The position numbers were made by a program, and so were the translations under genes. From an uncultured delta proteobacterium (lineage in GTDB: Bacteria; Myxococcota_A; Polyangia; Polyangiales; Polyangiaceae), in the NCBI GenBank assembly GCA_963850305.1, contig CAWKKR010000007.1, positions 768,001 through 832,000 on the forward strand: a DNA stretch of 64,000 nt. Direction: 5' to 3'. The notes beneath the pieces are model-generated. The model saw only the letters and a list, made by a program, of their open reading frames with translations. It had not been told where the DNA came from and ran no database searches. This document shows positions 40,443-55,394 of this stretch, piece by piece. Each line of letters begins with the position of its first letter. Positions within the stretch are counted from its first letter, which is position 1.

Positions 40443-41444
40443 GTGACGGATCTCGTCGAGCGAGTCTTCGCGGGCGACGTGCGCGCCGCGGCGCGGCTCT
40501 GCCGGATCGTCGAAGATCGCGGGCCCGGATGCCGCGACGAGCTCCGGAAACTTTACGCGCGCGGGGCGCACGCTCACGTCATCGGCGTGACCGGCAGTCC
40601 CGGCGCCGGCAAGAGCACCCTCGTGGATCGTCTCATCACGGCGGTTCGACCCGCGGGAGAGCGCGTGGCCGTCGTGGCCGTCGATCCGACGAGTCCGTTC
40701 AGCGGCGGCGCGATTCTCGGCGATCGGGTGCGCATGCAGCGGCACTTCGAGGACCCGGACGTCTTCATCCGATCGGTCGCCACGCGTGGCGCGCTCGGAG
40801 GCCTGTCGCGGTCGACGAGCGACGTGGTCCGCGTGCTGGAAGCGTGGGGCGCGCGGACGGTGCTGGTGGAAACCGTGGGCGTCGGCCAGGACGAGCTCGA
40901 CGTCACGCTCCTCGCCGACACGACGCTGGTCGTCCTCTCGCCAGGACAAGGAGATGACATGCAGGCCATCAAGGCCGGCATCCTCGAGTGCGCGGATGTG
41001 TTCGTCGTGAACAAGGCGGACCGGCCCGAGGCCGACATCACCGTGCGGGACCTCGAGGCCATGCTGGCGCTCGGCGCCCTGACGGAGGGCATGGCCGCGA
41101 ACCGGCGGCATTCGGCGGCGATGGCCGTGCCCGCAACGCCCGGGACCGCCAAGTGGATACCGCCCATCGTCAAGACCGTGGCGACCGACGGCCGAGGCAT
41201 CGACGAGCTGGTCCGGCGAGCGCGCGAACACCTGAGCTATGCGAGCTCCGAGGCGGGGGAGCAGCGTCGCGCCGCGCGGACACGGGCCCGGCTCGTCCGG
41301 GACGTCGCCGACGAGCTCACGGAACGCCTGCTATCCGAGCTCCCGGAAGCTGTCGACGCCGCCGTAAAACGGGTAATCTCCAGCGTGATCGATCCTTTCA
41401 CCGCGGTCGACGAACTTCTCGCCGAGTTCCGCTCGCGCGCTTGA
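40443..41444 (+). CDS. meaB: Methylmalonyl-CoA mutase-associated GTPase MeaB/ArgK
   Basis: GSPGAGKST, AVDPTSPFSGGAILGDRVRM, ETVGVGQDE and VNKAD. Confidence 0.95.
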   Translation: MTDLVERVFAGDVRAAARLCRIVEDRGPGCRDELRKLYARGAHAHVIGVTGSPGAGKSTLVDRLITAVRPAGERVAVVAVDPTSPFSGGAILGDRVRMQRHFEDPDVFIRSVATRGALGGLSRSTSDVVRVLEAWGARTVLVETVGVGQDELDVTLLADTTLVVLSPGQGDDMQAIKAGILECADVFVVNKADRPEADITVRDLEAMLALGALTEGMAANRRHSAAMAVPATPGTAKWIPPIVKTVATDGRGIDELVRRAREHLSYASSEAGEQRRAARTRARLVRDVADELTERLLSELPEAVDAAVKRVISSVIDPFTAVDELLAEFRSRA

Positions 41445-41451
41445 AGCCAAG

Positions 41452-42084
41452 ATGCCAGAGGACCTGGAACCACCCGCCGACGCGAACGATCGTCCGAGGC
41501 GCTCACGCGACGACGCGAAGCGCGAGACGCGCGAGGCATTGATCGCAGCCGGTGTGAGCGCGTTCTCCGAAGAAGGGCTCGACGCGCCGAGCCTCGACTC
41601 CATCTGTGCGCGCGCCGGCTACACCCGCGGCGCGTTCTACGTCCACTTCAAGGATCGCGACGACTTCATCAGCGCCGTCATGTCGACGACGCTGGAGGGC
41701 TTCCTCGACGCGATCGTCGCCACGGGAGACGCGGCATTCGACCTGCAGAAGACGATCGACATGTTCGTCGGCGCCGTGCAGGCGGGGGCTTTCCCGATCC
41801 AGGGCGGAGTTCACTTTTCGCAATTCATGGCGGCCTGCGCGCGCTCGATGGCGATCCGCCAGCGCTACGTCGAGCTGTTGCAGAGGGGCGCCGAGCGCGT
41901 CGCGACCGCCGTGCTCGAGGGGCAAGGGGCGGGCACCGTGCGCCAGGACGTGGACGCGCCGTCCGTCGCGCTGATCCTCGTCGCGCTGACGCTCGGCGTC
42001 CAGGCGGCGATCGAGGTCGAGTATCCGGTCCGCGCCATCGTCGGCGCCGCGGCGGACAATCTGTCGCGGATGCTGAAACCCTGA
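41452..42084 (+). CDS. TetR/AcrR family transcriptional regulator
   Basis: SLDSICARAGYTRGAFYVHFKDRDD helix-turn-helix. Confidence 0.92.
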   Translation: MPEDLEPPADANDRPRRSRDDAKRETREALIAAGVSAFSEEGLDAPSLDSICARAGYTRGAFYVHFKDRDDFISAVMSTTLEGFLDAIVATGDAAFDLQKTIDMFVGAVQAGAFPIQGGVHFSQFMAACARSMAIRQRYVELLQRGAERVATAVLEGQGAGTVRQDVDAPSVALILVALTLGVQAAIEVEYPVRAIVGAAADNLSRMLKP

Positions 42085-42088
42085 AGGC

Positions 42089-42804
42089 TCAGCGGCGCGT
42101 CTTCTTCTTGACGGTAGCCTTCGCCGGAGCTTGGACCCGGGCTGGCTTCCGTCCCACCTTCTCTGCCTTGAACGCGGAAGGACAGACGTCCTTCACGGCG
42201 CAGGCGGCGCAGGCAGGACGAGCGGCGCTGCAGACGCGCCGGCCGTGAAAGATGAGGACGTGCGCGAGGGCGTCCCAGCGCTCGCGCGGAAAGAGCTTCA
42301 TCAGGTCGCGCTCGATGGCCGCGGGTTCCTTGTTGCGTGTCCACCCGAGGCGCTGCGAGATGCGCTGCACGTGTGTGTCGACCACGACGCCTTCGGGCGC
42401 GCCGAACGCAACACCCAGCACGACGTTCGCTGTCTTCCGTCCGACGCCGGGGAGCTTCACCAGCTCGGCCATGGTACGCGGGACCTCGCCGCCGTGCTCG
42501 TCGGCGATCTTCTTCGACAGACCGACGATGCTCTTCGTTTTCTGCCGGAAGAAACCGAGGCTTCCGATGAGCTTCTCGACCTCGGCAGGGTTTGCGCTGG
42601 CGAGCGATGCGGGTGTCGGAAATCGGGCGAAGAGTGCGGGCGTCGCCTTGTTGACGTTCACGTCTGTGGTCTGGGCGGACAGCACCGTCGAGACGAGAAG
42701 CTGGAACGGGCTGCGATGATCGAGCTCGCAGTGCGCGTCGGGGTGCGCCGCTTGCAGCCGGCCGAGCGTGCTTTCCGCCTCGCGAAGCGCGCGGCTCTTT
42801 AGCG

Positions 42805-42808
<4 letters not shown>
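42089..42808 (-). CDS. nth: Endonuclease III
   Basis: LSAQTTD, LPGVGRKTANVV, VDTHV and C-x6-C-x2-C-x5-C; ATG overlaps the gyrA stop. Confidence 0.96.
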
Positions 42809-45452
<2,644 letters not shown>

Positions 45453-45582
45453 CTAAAGGCGGTCGACCGTTGGGGGGGAGCGGCGAATTGCCGCTGTCCA
45501 AACCGTGGTCGGAATGGGCTTCTGAGCTAACCCAGCAACGCCCCGGCGACAACGCCGGCAAGGCCTCGAAAGGGCTCGGAAG

Positions 45583-48105
45583 CTAGAAGAAATTCCCGAT
45601 CGTGAATTCGAACACGTTCGACTGCTCGTAAGAGAGGGGTTTGAAGGGGAAACCCCATTCGAAGCGGAGCGGGCCGAGAGGCGAGAACCACCGGATCCCG
45701 AACCCCCACGACGTTCGGAGGTTCAAGAGGTCGCTGGGGCTGAAGCAGGGGTTCGTGACCGCGTCGGGGATGCCCTGGCCGCCCGTCTTGCAATAGACGG
45801 GCTCGAGGTTCCAGGCGTTGCCCGCGTCGGTGAAGAAGACCCCGTGAATGCCGACCGCATCGACGATCGGGAACTCGAGCTCGATGTTCTGGTAGTATTC
45901 GAGATTACCGCCGATGACGGCGCCGTTCGCGATGGGGGCGCTGTTCGGATCCGTGACGCTCGTGAGCGGCATCCGGGGTCCGACGGTGCGAAACTGGAAC
46001 CCGCGAATGTCGAAGATGCCGCCGAGGAAGAACCTCGCGAAGATCGGCACGCCGTCCGGCGACGGACTCGTGATGATCCCGAATTGCTGGTTCATCTTGA
46101 GCACGATGCCGAGCCCGAGCGGGTAGAAGTACCGCCCCGTGAACGTGTTGCGCAGAAACTCGTTGTGCGAGCCGAAGTCCGCGGCGGCAAGCTCCGTCGA
46201 GCCGCGCAGGTAGATGCCCTTCGTCGGGAAGAGTCGGTTGTCGCGTGTGTCGTACGTTATCGCGGGGCGGATGCTCGACGTGATACCGTCGTTGAAGAGA
46301 TTGGCGAGAGGCAAGCTCTGGAAGAGGCTGATCGCGCTGGACGTCCCGAAGAACGTCGGGACCGGCGACGTGGAGACCTTGTCGGACTCCAGCGTGTACG
46401 TGATGCTCGCCTGGAGCTCGGGCTCGATGATCGGGTAACCCCAGGTGATGTCGCCGCCGAGGCTCGACTGCGCGAAGTCCGAATAGGCCTGGAGCTGATC
46501 GAATAGCTCGAACTGGAAGTTGAAGTGGCTGTCGAGGAAGTACGGCTCGAAGAACCTCAGGTTGACGAGCTGGCGGATGCCGCTGAGCTGAGCCTGGAGG
46601 CTGAGGTTCTGGCCGTTACCGAAGAGGTTTGCCTGCTGTACCTGCGCCGTCGCGATGAAACTCTCGATGCTCGAGAAGCCCGCGCCGATCTGGAACGTGC
46701 CCGTGGCGCGCTCGCTGACCTCCACGTTGACCTTGAGCTGGTTGGGTGCGGAGCCTTCGCTCGTCGAGATGTCGACGCGCTCGAAGAAGCCGAGCGCGGT
46801 GATGCGCCTCCTCGAGCGTTCGAGGAGCGATTCACTGTATTTCTGGCCCTCGGAGATTTCCATCTCGCGACGGATCACCTTGTCGCGGGTCTTGGTATTG
46901 CCGGAGATCTCGATGCGTTCGAAGTAGACCACGGGTCCGCGCACGATCGGCACCACGACGTCGACCTCGTGCGTATCCGGGTCGAGCTTGGTTTCGGGGT
47001 TCGCGTCGACGTTGGCGTACCCGGCGTCGTGGTACATCGTGCGGACGGCGTTCAGATCCTCGATGAGCTCGGCGCGATTGAAGTAGTCGCCGGATTTCGC
47101 GCGCACCATGTTCCTGAGGTGGCGCCGGCCCTCGAGCGGCTCGACTTCTCGGCCGTCGGGGCCGCGTTCGTAGATCCGCATCTGCCGGATCTTGAAGCGT
47201 GGACCCTCGTCGATCGTGATCGACACTTCGATGCCGTTGCGATCCGGCGTGAGCATGACGCGCGGTGTGCTGATCGAGACCGATAGAAACCCGCGATCGT
47301 AATAGAGCGCGCTCACGATCGCGATGTCGCGTTCGAAGGCGTCCTGACGGAACGGGCCGCCCGACCCGAACGAGAGAATGCTCGAGGAGCCCGTGAACAT
47401 CACGCTCCTGAGCTCCTCGGTGGAGACGTTGTGATTACCGATGAAGGTCACGCGGCGCACGGTCACCTGATTGTGTTCGGTGATGACGAAGCGTATGCGC
47501 ACCTCGTTGTTCTTCTCCGGGATGACGTCGGCCTTCGCCTCCGCGAGGAAGTAGCCCTTCTCCGCGTACATATCGCGGATCTTCTGGATGCTCCGCTGGA
47601 TGGCAGGCTGGGAGAGGACCGTGCCTTCCTTGACCTCGACCGCCTCTTTCAGGTCGTCGTTGTCAATCTCTTCGTTGTGCTCGAACTCGACCTTGGAGAC
47701 GTTGGGGCGTTCCCGCACCGAAAATCGCAGGATGACTCCCGTGTCGGACCGCTCGAGGTCCACTTCGATGTCGTCGAAGGACCCGGAGCTCCACAGCTCC
47801 TTGACGTCCTTCGCGAGGGCTTCGGGCGTGAAGGGCTGCCCCTTTCGTTCCCTCAGGTACGCAAGGACGTCTTCCTTCGCGATGCGACGGTTGCCGAGGA
47901 CGTCGATGCGGTTGAGCGGCAATCCCCGGGCGAGCTCCGCCTCGTTCGTCGCCGCGGGTGAGACGCCCCGCGGGATCGGCGTTCCCGCTCCTGCGGGGTG
48001 CCCCAGAGCATCGTCCGCTCGAGCCGGCCGCACCGATAGGAGCACGGCCAGCGACACCAAGGTGAGCCACCAGACGAGGCGGCGTCCGGGAAGGGTGTCG
48101 AGCAT
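45583..48105 (-). CDS. bamA: Outer membrane protein assembly factor BamA
   Basis: Signal peptide, POTRA repeats ([11 protein letters not shown]), IRGF loop motif, [13 protein letters not shown] and terminal F. Confidence 0.96.
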   Translation of the reverse strand: MLDTLPGRRLVWWLTLVSLAVLLSVRPARADDALGHPAGAGTPIPRGVSPAATNEAELARGLPLNRIDVLGNRRIAKEDVLAYLRERKGQPFTPEALAKDVKELWSSGSFDDIEVDLERSDTGVILRFSVRERPNVSKVEFEHNEEIDNDDLKEAVEVKEGTVLSQPAIQRSIQKIRDMYAEKGYFLAEAKADVIPEKNNEVRIRFVITEHNQVTVRRVTFIGNHNVSTEELRSVMFTGSSSILSFGSGGPFRQDAFERDIAIVSALYYDRGFLSVSISTPRVMLTPDRNGIEVSITIDEGPRFKIRQMRIYERGPDGREVEPLEGRRHLRNMVRAKSGDYFNRAELIEDLNAVRTMYHDAGYANVDANPETKLDPDTHEVDVVVPIVRGPVVYFERIEISGNTKTRDKVIRREMEISEGQKYSESLLERSRRRITALGFFERVDISTSEGSAPNQLKVNVEVSERATGTFQIGAGFSSIESFIATAQVQQANLFGNGQNLSLQAQLSGIRQLVNLRFFEPYFLDSHFNFQFELFDQLQAYSDFAQSSLGGDITWGYPIIEPELQASITYTLESDKVSTSPVPTFFGTSSAISLFQSLPLANLFNDGITSSIRPAITYDTRDNRLFPTKGIYLRGSTELAAADFGSHNEFLRNTFTGRYFYPLGLGIVLKMNQQFGIITSPSPDGVPIFARFFLGGIFDIRGFQFRTVGPRMPLTSVTDPNSAPIANGAVIGGNLEYYQNIELEFPIVDAVGIHGVFFTDAGNAWNLEPVYCKTGGQGIPDAVTNPCFSPSDLLNLRTSWGFGIRWFSPLGPLRFEWGFPFKPLSYEQSNVFEFTIGNFF

Positions 48106-48367
48106 CGTACGAGGGGACCCGTTGTCGTTTCTGGGCTGCGGACCAAGCGACTACGGGCGGCGCAGCCTCGGCCAAGGCCGGGGCCTGCGTAACCTATGGG
48201 CGCCGCAGTCTCAAGCTTCGGACCGCATTTCCGACTGGCGGGGACGCCGAAATCCGAAATCCTTCCCGCTCGTTCGGTCTAGATGACGTCTCAGGCCGAA
48301 AACTTGACAGGTGTGCAGGCCCCTGGTCACTTGCCGCCGGTTACCGAGCGAAGCCGAGGAACCCCGT

Positions 48368-50807
48368 TTGGTTCAGGAAAATCGACCGAAAAAGAAGGCC
48401 GCACGCGCGCCAGGCACCCCTCCGGGACGGCGGGGCGGCGGTCGGGGCCCACAGCAGGACCTCTTCACGCGCGCGGCGGAAGAGCCCGTCCAGCTCCAGG
48501 ACATCGCCCAGACTCGTTACCTGAATTACGCGCTGTCGGTCATCACGAGCCGCGCGCTCCCCGACGTGCGCGATGGTCTGAAGCCGGTCCAGCGCCGCAT
48601 CCTGTTCACCATGTGGCGCGAGCGCCTGGGCGCGGATGCGAAGCACCGCAAGTGCGCCAAGGTCGTCGGCGACGTCATGGGAAACTACCACCCCCACGGC
48701 GACTCCGCGATCTACGACGCGCTCGTCCGCATGGCGCAGTCTTTCATGATGCGGGTGCCCCTCGTCGAGGGGTCGGGCAACTTCGGCTCGCTCGACGGCG
48801 ATCCGGCGGCGGCGATGCGGTACACGGAATGCCGTCTCGCGCCGATGGCGGCCGAGCTCCTCGTCGAGATCGATCAGGATACCGTTCACTTCCGCCCGAA
48901 CTACGACGGCACCAAGACGGAACCCGTCGTCCTGCCGGCGAAGGTTCCGAATCTGCTGATCAACGGCGCGTCCGGCATCGCCGTCGGCATGGCGACGAAC
49001 ATTCCGCCGCACAACCCCGAAGAGGTCTGCGCGGCCTCCGTGCGCCTCCTCGACGCGCTCCTCGAGGGAAAGCAGCTCTCTTCTCGTGAACTGTACGCGT
49101 ACGATCAAGGGTCCGGATTTCCCGACCGGGGGCCAAATCGTCTCGTCGACGGAGGAGATCAAGCTCGTCTACGAGACGGGGCAGGGCAGCATCAAGGTGC
49201 GCGCGATGTGGGAACCGGGGCCGGAAACGCGTTCGGCGAAGACCCTCTTCATCACGAGCATCCCCTACGGCGTCAACAAGTCGATGCTGGTCGAACGGAT
49301 CGCCGAGGTCGTCGTTTCGCGGAAGATGCCGCTCCTCGTCGACGTCAAGGACGTGTCGACGGAGGACGTTCGCATCGCGCTCGAATTGAAGAAGGAAGCC
49401 GACGAGCAGAAGGTGCTCGCGTACCTGTTCAAGCACACGCCGCTCCAGTCGACGTTTGCGGTGAATCTGACGTCGCTCGTCCCGACCGAGAACGCCGAAG
49501 TCGGACGTCCCGAGCGGCTCGATCTGCGCGCGATGCTCTGGCATTTCCTGCACTTCCGTCTCGATGTCGTGACGAGGCGTCTGAAGGACGAGCTCGAGGC
49601 GCTCACGAAGCGGATGCACATTCTCGCCGGCTTCGTCACCGTCTTCGACGCGCTCGATCAGATCTTGAAGATCATCCGAGCTTCCGACGGCAAGGCGGAC
49701 GCCATGAAGAAGATCATGGCGCGGTACGAGCTCGACGAGGAGCAGACGGACGCAATTCTCGAGCTTCGCCTGTACCGGCTCGCGCGGCTCGAAATTCTCG
49801 TCCTGGAGAACGAGCTCAAGAACAAGAAGAAGCGCGCGAGCGAGATCAAGAAACTGCTCGGCGAAGAGGGCTCGCGCGGCATCTGGGGCATGGTTCGCGC
49901 AGAGCTCGAGGTGCAGCGCGAGGCGTACGGCAAGGCCGGCAAGCGCCGTACGCTCATCGAAGAAGTCGGCGAAGAGCCTGAGTTCTCGGAAGAGGATCTC
50001 ATCGTCGCGGAGGACAATCACGTCCTCCTGACGCGCGATGGCTGGGTGAAGCGCCAGCGTGAGATCAAGGACCCGGGCGCGACGCGTCTCCGCGAAGGCG
50101 ACCAGGTGCTGGCGATCATCGGCGGGTCGACCAGGGCGAGCGTCGCGTTCTTCTCGAGCTTCGGCACCGCGTACACGAGCCGCATCGTCGATGTTCCCGC
50201 CACGACAGGCTACGGTGAACCGATCCAGAAGCTCTTCAAGATGAAGGACGGCGAGTCCATCGTTGCGATGGCGTCACTCGATGCCAGGCTAACGGGGAGC
50301 CTCGCGGGCGACGAGGAGCACTATCCCGAGACGTTCGCCGTCGCGGCGAGCTCCGACGGCTACGCCCTTACCTTCGGCCTCGAACCGTTCCAGGAACCGA
50401 GTACTCGCGCCGGGCGTCGCTTTGCCCGGGTGGGTGAGGGCGCGACGATCGTGGGCGTGGACGTCGTCAGCGGCGACGAGACGGTCATGGCCGTCTCGAA
50501 GAAGCGGCGCGCCCTCCTCTGCAGCGTCGCCGAGATCAACTACCTGGCCGGCGCGGGTAAGGGGGTGCTCCTCATCAAGCTTGCCGAGGACGACGCGATT
50601 CTCGCGATGAAGGTCGCCCGCGATGAGCGGGACGCGCTCGTCGTGAAGACGAGCCTCGGAGGAGAACAGCGCATCAGTCCCGCGCGCTTCGAGACGACGG
50701 GCCGCGGGGGCAGGGGCCGTGAAGTGATGTCGCGCGGCACGCTCACCGAAGTCTTGTACGAAACGCCAGCGGCGCCGGGTTCACTCGACGGCGCACAAGG
50801 GAGCTGA
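48368..50807 (+). CDS. parC: Second type IIA topoisomerase A subunit (ParC-like); one frameshift near 49095
   Basis: [20 protein letters not shown] and AAMRYTE; no canonical GyrA-box at the start of the CTD; TTG start after GAGGA. Confidence 0.8.
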
Positions 50808-52721
50808 TGGAGATGGCGACCGAGTATACGGCGAAAGACATCCAGGTTCTCGAGGGGCTCGAACCCGTGCGCAAACGCCCGGGGATGTACATCGGCGGCG
50901 TGGGGAGCGCCGGACTGCATCACCTGGTATGGGAGATCGTCGACAACTCGGTCGACGAGGCCATGAACGGCCACGCGAAGGAGATCACCGTCACCCTCCA
51001 CAAGGACGGCTCGAGTATCACGGTCAGCGACAACGGACGCGGGATCCCCGTGGACAGGCACCCGAAGCAGAAGAAGTCGGCGCTGGAGATCATCTTCTCG
51101 ACACTCCACGCGGGCGGGAAATTCGAGCCGGGGAACTACAAGACGGCCGGCGGCCTCCACGGGGTCGGCGCGTCGGTCGTGAATGCGCTGTCGACGAAGC
51201 TTCTGGCGACCGTCAAGCGCGACGGGGCCGAGTGGGCGATGGAATTTCGTCGCGGCGCCGCGGTGTCCGAGCTGAAGAAGGTTCGTGCCGCGCGCGGCAC
51301 GGGCACGAGCGTCTTTTTCCAGCCCGATCCGACGATCTTTCCGCGCACTGAGTTCGATCCGGAGCTCATTCGCGAGCGCCTGCAGATCGCCAGCTTCCTG
51401 CATCGCGGGGTGAAGGTCCGCTTCGTCGATGAGTCGCACGGTACCGACGACGTCTTTCGACACGAGAACGGCATCGCGGACTTCCTGAAGAAGATCCTCC
51501 TCGAACGCAGCGCGAAGCCCGTGCACGACGCGCCGTTTTCCCTGGTCCGGGAGAACGGCGCGAAGGTCGAGGTCGTGTTTCAGTGGACAGAGTCGACCGA
51601 GGAGACATCTGCGGAGCTACGTGAACGGCATTCCGACCGCGTCGGGCGGCACGCACGAAATCGGTCTCCGTGCGGCGATCGGAAAGGCCATCCGCAACTA
51701 CATCGACACGCACGAGCTCGCGCCGCGCGGCGTGACGATCACAGCGGAGGACATCCGCGAAGGCGTCATCGGTGTCTTGAGTATTTACGTCGCCGAGCCG
51801 CAGTTCCAGGGCCAGACGAAGGATCGACTGAACAACCCCGAGGTGCAGGGCTACGTGGACGCGGCGGTGCGGCCAGCGCTCGAACAGTGGTTGAACTCGA
51901 ACCGTACGGTCGGCGAGCAGATCGTCACGCGCATCGTCCTCGCGTCACGGGCGAGGGAGGCGTCCCGCGCGGCTTCGGCGGCGGTGTCGCGCAAGAGTGC
52001 GACGAGCGGGCGGCTCACGCTCCCCGGCAAGCTGAGCGACTGTTCGAGCACGGACCGCGAGGCGACGGAGCTCTTCATCGTCGAGGGGGATTCGGCCGGT
52101 GGTTCCGCGAAGCAGGGGAGGGATCGCGAGCGGCAGGCGGTGCTGCCGCTTCGGGGAAAGGTTCTGAACACGGAATCGGTCGCGCTCGCGAAGGTGCTGG
52201 AGAACAAGGAACTCGCCGACCTCGTCGTGGCCCTCGGTTGCGGTGTCGGCAAGGACTTCGACGCGACGCGCTTGCGTTATGCGCGCATCGTGCTCCTCGC
52301 CGACGCGGACTCCGACGGACATCACATCACGACGCTACTTCTCACGTTTTTCTACCGGCACCTGCCGGAGCTCATCAAGCAGGGGAAGGTCTTCGTCGCC
52401 GTGCCGCCGCTCTATCGCATCGACATCGGCAAGGAGACTCATTACGCGATTGACGACGAGGACAAGACGAGGATCATCGGGAAATTCGGCAAGGGCGAGG
52501 GTCGTGCGGACATCACGCGCTTCAAGGGACTGGGTGAGATGATGCCGAAGATCCTCTGGGAGACCACCCTCGATCCGAGAACGCGGCGGATGCTCCGGGT
52601 GGAGATCTCCGATGGCCTTCAGACGGACCGCGTCATCAACGAGCTGATGGGCAAGGATCCGTCGGCGCGATTCCACTTCATCATGGACCGCGCGGAGCAA
52701 GCCGGCGACATCGACGTCTGA
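50807..52721 (+). CDS. parE: Type IIA topoisomerase B subunit (ParE-like); one frameshift near 51605
   Basis: [51 protein letters not shown] and RFKGLGEM; coupled to the parC-like gene. Confidence 0.8.
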
Positions 52722-52733
52722 TCGCTCGACGAT

Positions 52734-53924
52734 TCAGGGCTCGTGGAGCTCGACGATCTGGACCTCCGGAAGCTCCAGCGTCGCATCGTCCACCGGGATC
52801 CGGAGGGCTGGTTCCGACTTGCTCCGGAGCTCGAAGCGCTCCTGCTTGCCGGACGTGTCTTCGATGTCGACGACGATGCTCGTGTTCGTCGAGTCGGGGT
52901 CGTAAACGACGCTGACCGCGATGTCCAGGTTCGAGGTGGTGATCGGCGCCTCCGATTCGGGGCCGTCTCCGAGAACGTCCTCCGATGCGCGCTGCGCCCC
53001 GGGCAGCGGGCGGTTCTCGACCAGCTCGTAGGCTCTCCGGAGAGCGAGTTGCATCGCTTTCGCGTCGCGAAAGCGGTCGGCTTTCTGGAACGCGAGCGCC
53101 CGATCCACCGCGTCGACGATCGGCGGCGCCAGGGATGGCAGGAGCTGTCCGATCGAGCGCGCCTTTTGAGACATTGCCGCGAGAAGACGCTCTTGCATCG
53201 TGTCGCCGTCGTGTACGTAGCGGCCCGTCATCGCCTTCCACATCGTGGCGCCCACCGCCCAGATGTCCGTCCGGGCATCGATGAGGTCGCGCTTCCCGCG
53301 CGCCTGTTCAGGCGGCATGTACGACGCCGTTCCGACGATCATTCCGGTGCGGGTGAGGCTTCCCTTGAGCCCCCGCTCGCGAACCCGCGCGAGCCCGAAG
53401 TCGAGGACCTTGACGCCGCCATCTCTCGTCAGGAAGATGTTGCCGGGCTTGATGTCGCGATGCACGATCCCCTTTTCGTGCGCGGCGCCGAGGACATCGA
53501 GCACGTTGTCCGCGATGTAGAGGACTGCCGGACCTGCCAGGACCTGCTTCTTCTTCAAGCGCTCCTCGAGGGATTCTCCCTCGAGCAGCTCCATCACGAG
53601 GAACGGCGTGCCGTCGTCCAATGCGTCGTCGTCGAGCACGGTGACCGCGCCGGGGTGTCCGACCTTGTTCGCGACGTAGCCTTCCTCGAGAAATCGCATC
53701 CGCGCTTCGTCCTGCGCGGCGAAGATCGGGTGAAGCACCTTGAGAGCGACGCGGTTCCCGTTGCGATGCGTCGCGACGTAGACGGACGCCATCCCCCCTA
53801 TGTCGAGGAGCCGATCGATGTGCCATTTCCGCGCGGCGATCTGGCCGACGCGCTCGCGAGCCTTCTCTAGCGGACCTTCCTTCGACAAATCTAAAGAATC
53901 TTCCATTGGCCACTCACCTGTCAA
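52734..53924 (-). CDS. Hanks-type Ser/Thr protein kinase
   Basis: GGMASVY, VALK, HRDIKPGN, DFG, YMPPEQ and DIWAVG. Confidence 0.95.
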   Translation of the reverse strand: MTGEWPMEDSLDLSKEGPLEKARERVGQIAARKWHIDRLLDIGGMASVYVATHRNGNRVALKVLHPIFAAQDEARMRFLEEGYVANKVGHPGAVTVLDDDALDDGTPFLVMELLEGESLEERLKKKQVLAGPAVLYIADNVLDVLGAAHEKGIVHRDIKPGNIFLTRDGGVKVLDFGLARVRERGLKGSLTRTGMIVGTASYMPPEQARGKRDLIDARTDIWAVGATMWKAMTGRYVHDGDTMQERLLAAMSQKARSIGQLLPSLAPPIVDAVDRALAFQKADRFRDAKAMQLALRRAYELVENRPLPGAQRASEDVLGDGPESEAPITTSNLDIAVSVVYDPDSTNTSIVVDIEDTSGKQERFELRSKSEPALRIPVDDATLELPEVQIVELHEP

Positions 53925-53955
53925 GCGATGAGCTTCTGCGCCTTTGGTAGCGTCG

Positions 53956-55348
53956 TCACGCGCTCGAGTCGTCGTGCCGCCGATAGGCTTCGAGCTCTAT
54001 GGCGTAGCGCTCCACCCAGCGGTGAATCTGCATGCGGGCCTTGCCGAGGACACGACCCACCGCTGCGACGTTCCCTCCGTGCTCCTCGAGCAGTGCTCGA
54101 AGCTCCGCCTCGGAGGGGGCGCCGTAACGCGGTGCGGGAAGCGACGCGGATTCCGACATCGCCCGACCGTAACGTTGCATTTCCTCGCGGATCGGTTCGG
54201 GCAAGAGTTCGGAATCGAGGACGGGCCCGGTCGCGAGGGCGATCGCCCGCTTCGCGCAGGCCTCGAGCTCGCGCACGTTGTACGGAAAGTCGTAATGCAG
54301 GAGCGCTGCCATGAACAGGAAAGAGACGCGCAAGTCCGGTCGCCCGTGACGCGCCAGCAAGGTTCGGAGGAGGAGATACAGATCCTCCTTTCGCTCACGA
54401 AGCGCGGGCAACTCCAGCTGGTACTCGTTGAGCCGCGCAAAGAGATCCGGACGAAACTTCGACTCCCGTGCGAGGCGTTTCAGATCGCGGTGCGTCGCGC
54501 ACACGACCCGCACGTTCACCGCCTCGGGAGCCGTGGCACCGAGAGGATACAGCTCCTTCGACTGGAGCACGCGGAGCAGTTTCGCCTGCGCGTCGAGGGG
54601 CATGTCGCCGATCTCGTCGAGGAGGAGCGTGCCGTCGTGCGCGGCGCGGAGCATGCCGGGCTTGTCCCGTTCGGCGCCGGAGAACGCGCCGCGCTTGTAT
54701 CCGAAGAGCTCGCTCTCGAAGAGGTTCTCGGGGATCGCGGCGCAGTTGACGGCGCGAAACGGGCCCTGTCTCCCGTAAAGCCGATGAATCTCGCGCGCGA
54801 CGACCTCCTTTCCGGTGCCGCTCTCGCCGAGCAGGAGGACGCTGATGGGCGACCTCGCGATCCGTTCGAGCTCTGCGCCGATGCGGTCCATCTGGTACCC
54901 ACCGACGAGTTCGGTCTTCTCTCTGGAGGCGCGCTTGCGGCCGGGCGCAAGCGTGCCGTCGATGCGGTACCCGGCAAACGCATCCGCGTCCTCTTCCACG
55001 AACTTGAAGATGGCGTCGCCGAATCGGACCTCTTGCCCGTGTTCGAGCCGCGTCTCCGTGATCCGATGTCCGTCGACGAGAGTGCCGTTCGTGCTGGCTC
55101 GAATCTCGCAATATCCATGCGCCGCGCTCGGTCACGATCTCGGCGTGCGTGCGCGAGACGGCGTTGACCGGAATGACGATGCTCGCGGGCGGCTCGCGGC
55201 CGATGACGTTACCCTCCCGCGTCAGCTCGAACAGGACCGGGAGCACGTGGAAATGCTCCGCGTAGAGCAGCAGCAAGCCAGCCGATGCCGAGGTTGACCG
55301 CGCGCCAGGGCCGAATTCCGCCATGGCGCCCGTGGACGAGTCGGTCAT
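53956..55348 (-). CDS. FHA-domain sigma-54 enhancer-binding protein; one frameshift near 55100
   Basis: FHA (IGR, VSRTHA, STNG in a shifted frame), GESGTGKE, ESELFG, GAFSGA, LDEIGD, NVRELE and Fis-type HTH. Confidence 0.9.
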
Positions 55349-55394
55349 TCCCCGAAAGCGTACCGATTCGCTCCCGTGACGTAAACTGCGAGCC

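Noticed and set aside
49085..51625. Programmed frameshifting in the parC/parE-like genes
   Set aside because: No slippery heptamer at either shift, single extra bases explain both, and similar indels occur across the window
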